DNA from: Lingula anatina
Taxonomy: Eukaryota; Animalia; Brachiopoda
Direction: 5' to 3'
Assembly: GCA_051362555.1 (NCBI GenBank)
Contig: CM120647.1
Span: forward strand, 8,990,001 to 9,054,000
Length of the DNA stretch: 64,000 bases
Position 1 is the first letter of the stretch, and the number at the start of each line of letters is the position of its first letter. A program made the position numbers and the translations under genes. The notes under the pieces were generated by a model. It had not been told where the DNA came from and did no database searches. It was given only the letters and a program-made list of their open reading frames with translations. Of the stretch, positions 61,501 to 64,000 are shown in pieces.

Positions 61501-64000
61501 CAATTCTTCTGGTTCTCAGATCTTCACTGTCTAGCATACAAGCCTGCAACTTGGATCTGCTCCCATAATGAACAGTGAAAAAGTCAATCTTTATACTCAA
61601 TAATGCCTCCAAATCACTAATACCCTATTTTACAGCATAACTCCCACATCTTCCCTTTGGTTTACAAACCTGTCACATGAAGGCGCCACGAGCAATGGCA
61701 TTCAGTGCAATGTGCCAACAATGTCTGACAAGATAAAGGAGTGATTTGACTGCACTTTTTTAATGTTTAAAACCTCTGCATGCTGACAAGGGAACATGAA
61801 AAAGGATACCGTTGTCATTTCATATTTTATGACTTCTTGTTGTACCACCCGCATTTGTTATCAGTGATTCAAAAGAGAACAGAAAAAAGGCAGTTCATTT
61901 TGTTGGGAGTAAGTTACATGGGTGTAATTTAGGAATCGAGGTGATCAAAACTCTTTTATCAGCTTTGACACCAAATCTGTCATCACAAAGCCATCTGACC
62001 AGATGTTTTTGACCTTTGTTAATTTGATGTTTCCTTTGCGAGCTATCACTGACAGTGCACGACAGGCCTTAAAGGTAGCAATTATAAATGATAAATAATA
62101 ATGTATCTTTTCAATAATTGCTTTTCTAGAGCTGTCAATTCTTAACTTAGCATGTCTGACATGTGACAAATATGTCGTAGTTTGTAGGCATGTTTTCATA
62201 ACTTGTTGACATAAGGCACATGCATCTGCCTTATACAAAGCACACATGTGGATCTTATATTTCATAACATTCATAATCTAATTGTTTGTGTTCACTGTGA
62301 GCACACGGATGAGGTCATAAAATGCACTATCTCATGATCTCAACTTGATAATCTTTTCTATACTTTTTTGCAAAAAAAAAAAAAAAAATCATATTTGACT
62401 TTGATGCATTTCTCAATTAATTTTCTAAAACAGTGATCGCACACAAAAAACATACATCAGAAGATTGAAATTTAATGTGAATCCTACTAAGAAAAACATC
62501 ATAAAAACTTAATTAAGCTGTATAAGACATAAATCTATCTTGACGAGCCCTTTCCTTTTATACATAACATTAACACTCCTGCCTCTCAAACAATGCATCA
62601 TTTTCCAGATCTATTAATTCATGAACAAAAGGAGGCATTAATCTTCATGTTTTGAATATATATCTTCAAACTGCACAAACTTCAACTTATTTTCATCCCC
62701 AGTTCTTTCCATTTGTACATTTTCTACCAAAACAATGGGATAATCTACCACAGTAAGTGAATTATCAGTCACTGTCATTCGCTCTTATGGCAGCTGATCA
62801 CCAACGGGGAGACGCATTATGTAATTCAAACAATCAACCAATCCAATGGTCATCGAATAGAGTTGAAAAGGACAAATATTGCATTTGATAATTCTTTCAC
62901 CAACAACATCATAATCCTGTACAAAGGGCATTTCAGGCAAACAAATAATCATATATGTGTATATATACTCCCCCCTGTTCTTACCCTATCCATTTTTAGG
63001 GCCTTATTCTATCACTGTATTACTGAGCTAGGCACATGTCATTTCCTCAATTTTAAGGATTACATAATACATTGTGATTTATTTTATTGAATATTGAAGT
63101 CTGATGCAATGTTTAAATCTGAACTGAAGTTGCTCCTGTACTAAAGAAATCATCTAAAAAGTAAAGCCTTATTGTGCAAACAATCATCAATATTCACTAG
63201 AGATATCTACACAACAAACAAACAAACAAACAAACAACAGTGGCAGAGTTATAACCAAAACTTAACAATAATAATACTCATGACTTTATCAGACACTTTT
63301 GTATCAGATAGAAGTGATGAAAATGTACAATAAACAATACCAGATAGCACTGACAACACTGCTCAAATACAAATCTGCCAAAACTGTTTCACAATGAGTT
63401 GCAACATACAGACCATTCAATTTTCCCATGTATTACGTAGCGTGAGGTGCAGAACTATTTCTTTTTTCAAACATCTATTTGTTTTAATACTAGTAGCTAC
63501 TCTGCATTTTCAAGTAGTGATGAATTCTCCAGTAGTGTTATTTGTTTTATAATCCTGTTCTCCATTTCAGGGCCATGTTGTTTTCTAGCCATAGTAAGCT
63601 ATGTATACAGATAAAATTGTTTATTGTTAAGCTGGTGATTTTTGGCCCCGAAGACCCTTCCTATGAACATATAAATGAACTTTGGCCAATTATTTTACCT
63701 CTAGAGATAAAATCTTACATAAGAGGCAACTTCAAAATGCTGATCCTGTGATAGATGGGTTTATCTTTTTGGTTTCAATGTACTGTCTTGTGAAGGGGGG
63801 TGGGGGTTGGGGGGGGGGGGAGATGGACAAATATTAGATGAAATAGCATTCATTTATTTTACAGTGATACTGCTATTGTTCTTTTCACATGTATATGTAA
63901 CAGTTAACAGGTGATAGTGTTTGTAACATGCACTAGTAAATAAATAAATAAATAAATAAATAAATAGCTATTAGTTCTATCTTCAAACATATAACTTTCA

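Overview
AT-rich, intron-containing animal DNA, most likely a lophotrochozoan (annelid/mollusc-like; inferred from the hunchback architecture and repeat types). It is not prokaryotic, and I found no rRNA, true tRNA or CRISPR array. The main gene is a minus-strand hunchback (hb/hbl-1) orthologue with 4 coding exons (26303-25040, 22665-22439, 17831-17611, 17269-15508; about 1157 aa from the first in-frame ATG) and 9 C2H2 fingers (2+4+1+2). Its inferred long 3'UTR carries a cluster of let-7 and miR-125/lin-4 seed sites. The ORF track misses a compact 3-exon minus-strand gene (TATA at ~4300; CDS 2916-2844 + 2389-2244). It encodes a 72-aa prepropeptide: signal peptide, RNKR furin site, and a 45-aa six-cysteine mature peptide ending in Trp-Gly, which I cannot assign to a known family. 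Several hb exon/intron junctions are tandemly 'echoed' as degenerate copies inside the flanking introns. The rest (about 26.4-64 kb) has no recognisable coding sequence and contains non-autonomous DNA transposons (Harbinger-like, TTAA/Kolobok-like, Helentron/HINE-like) and microsatellites.
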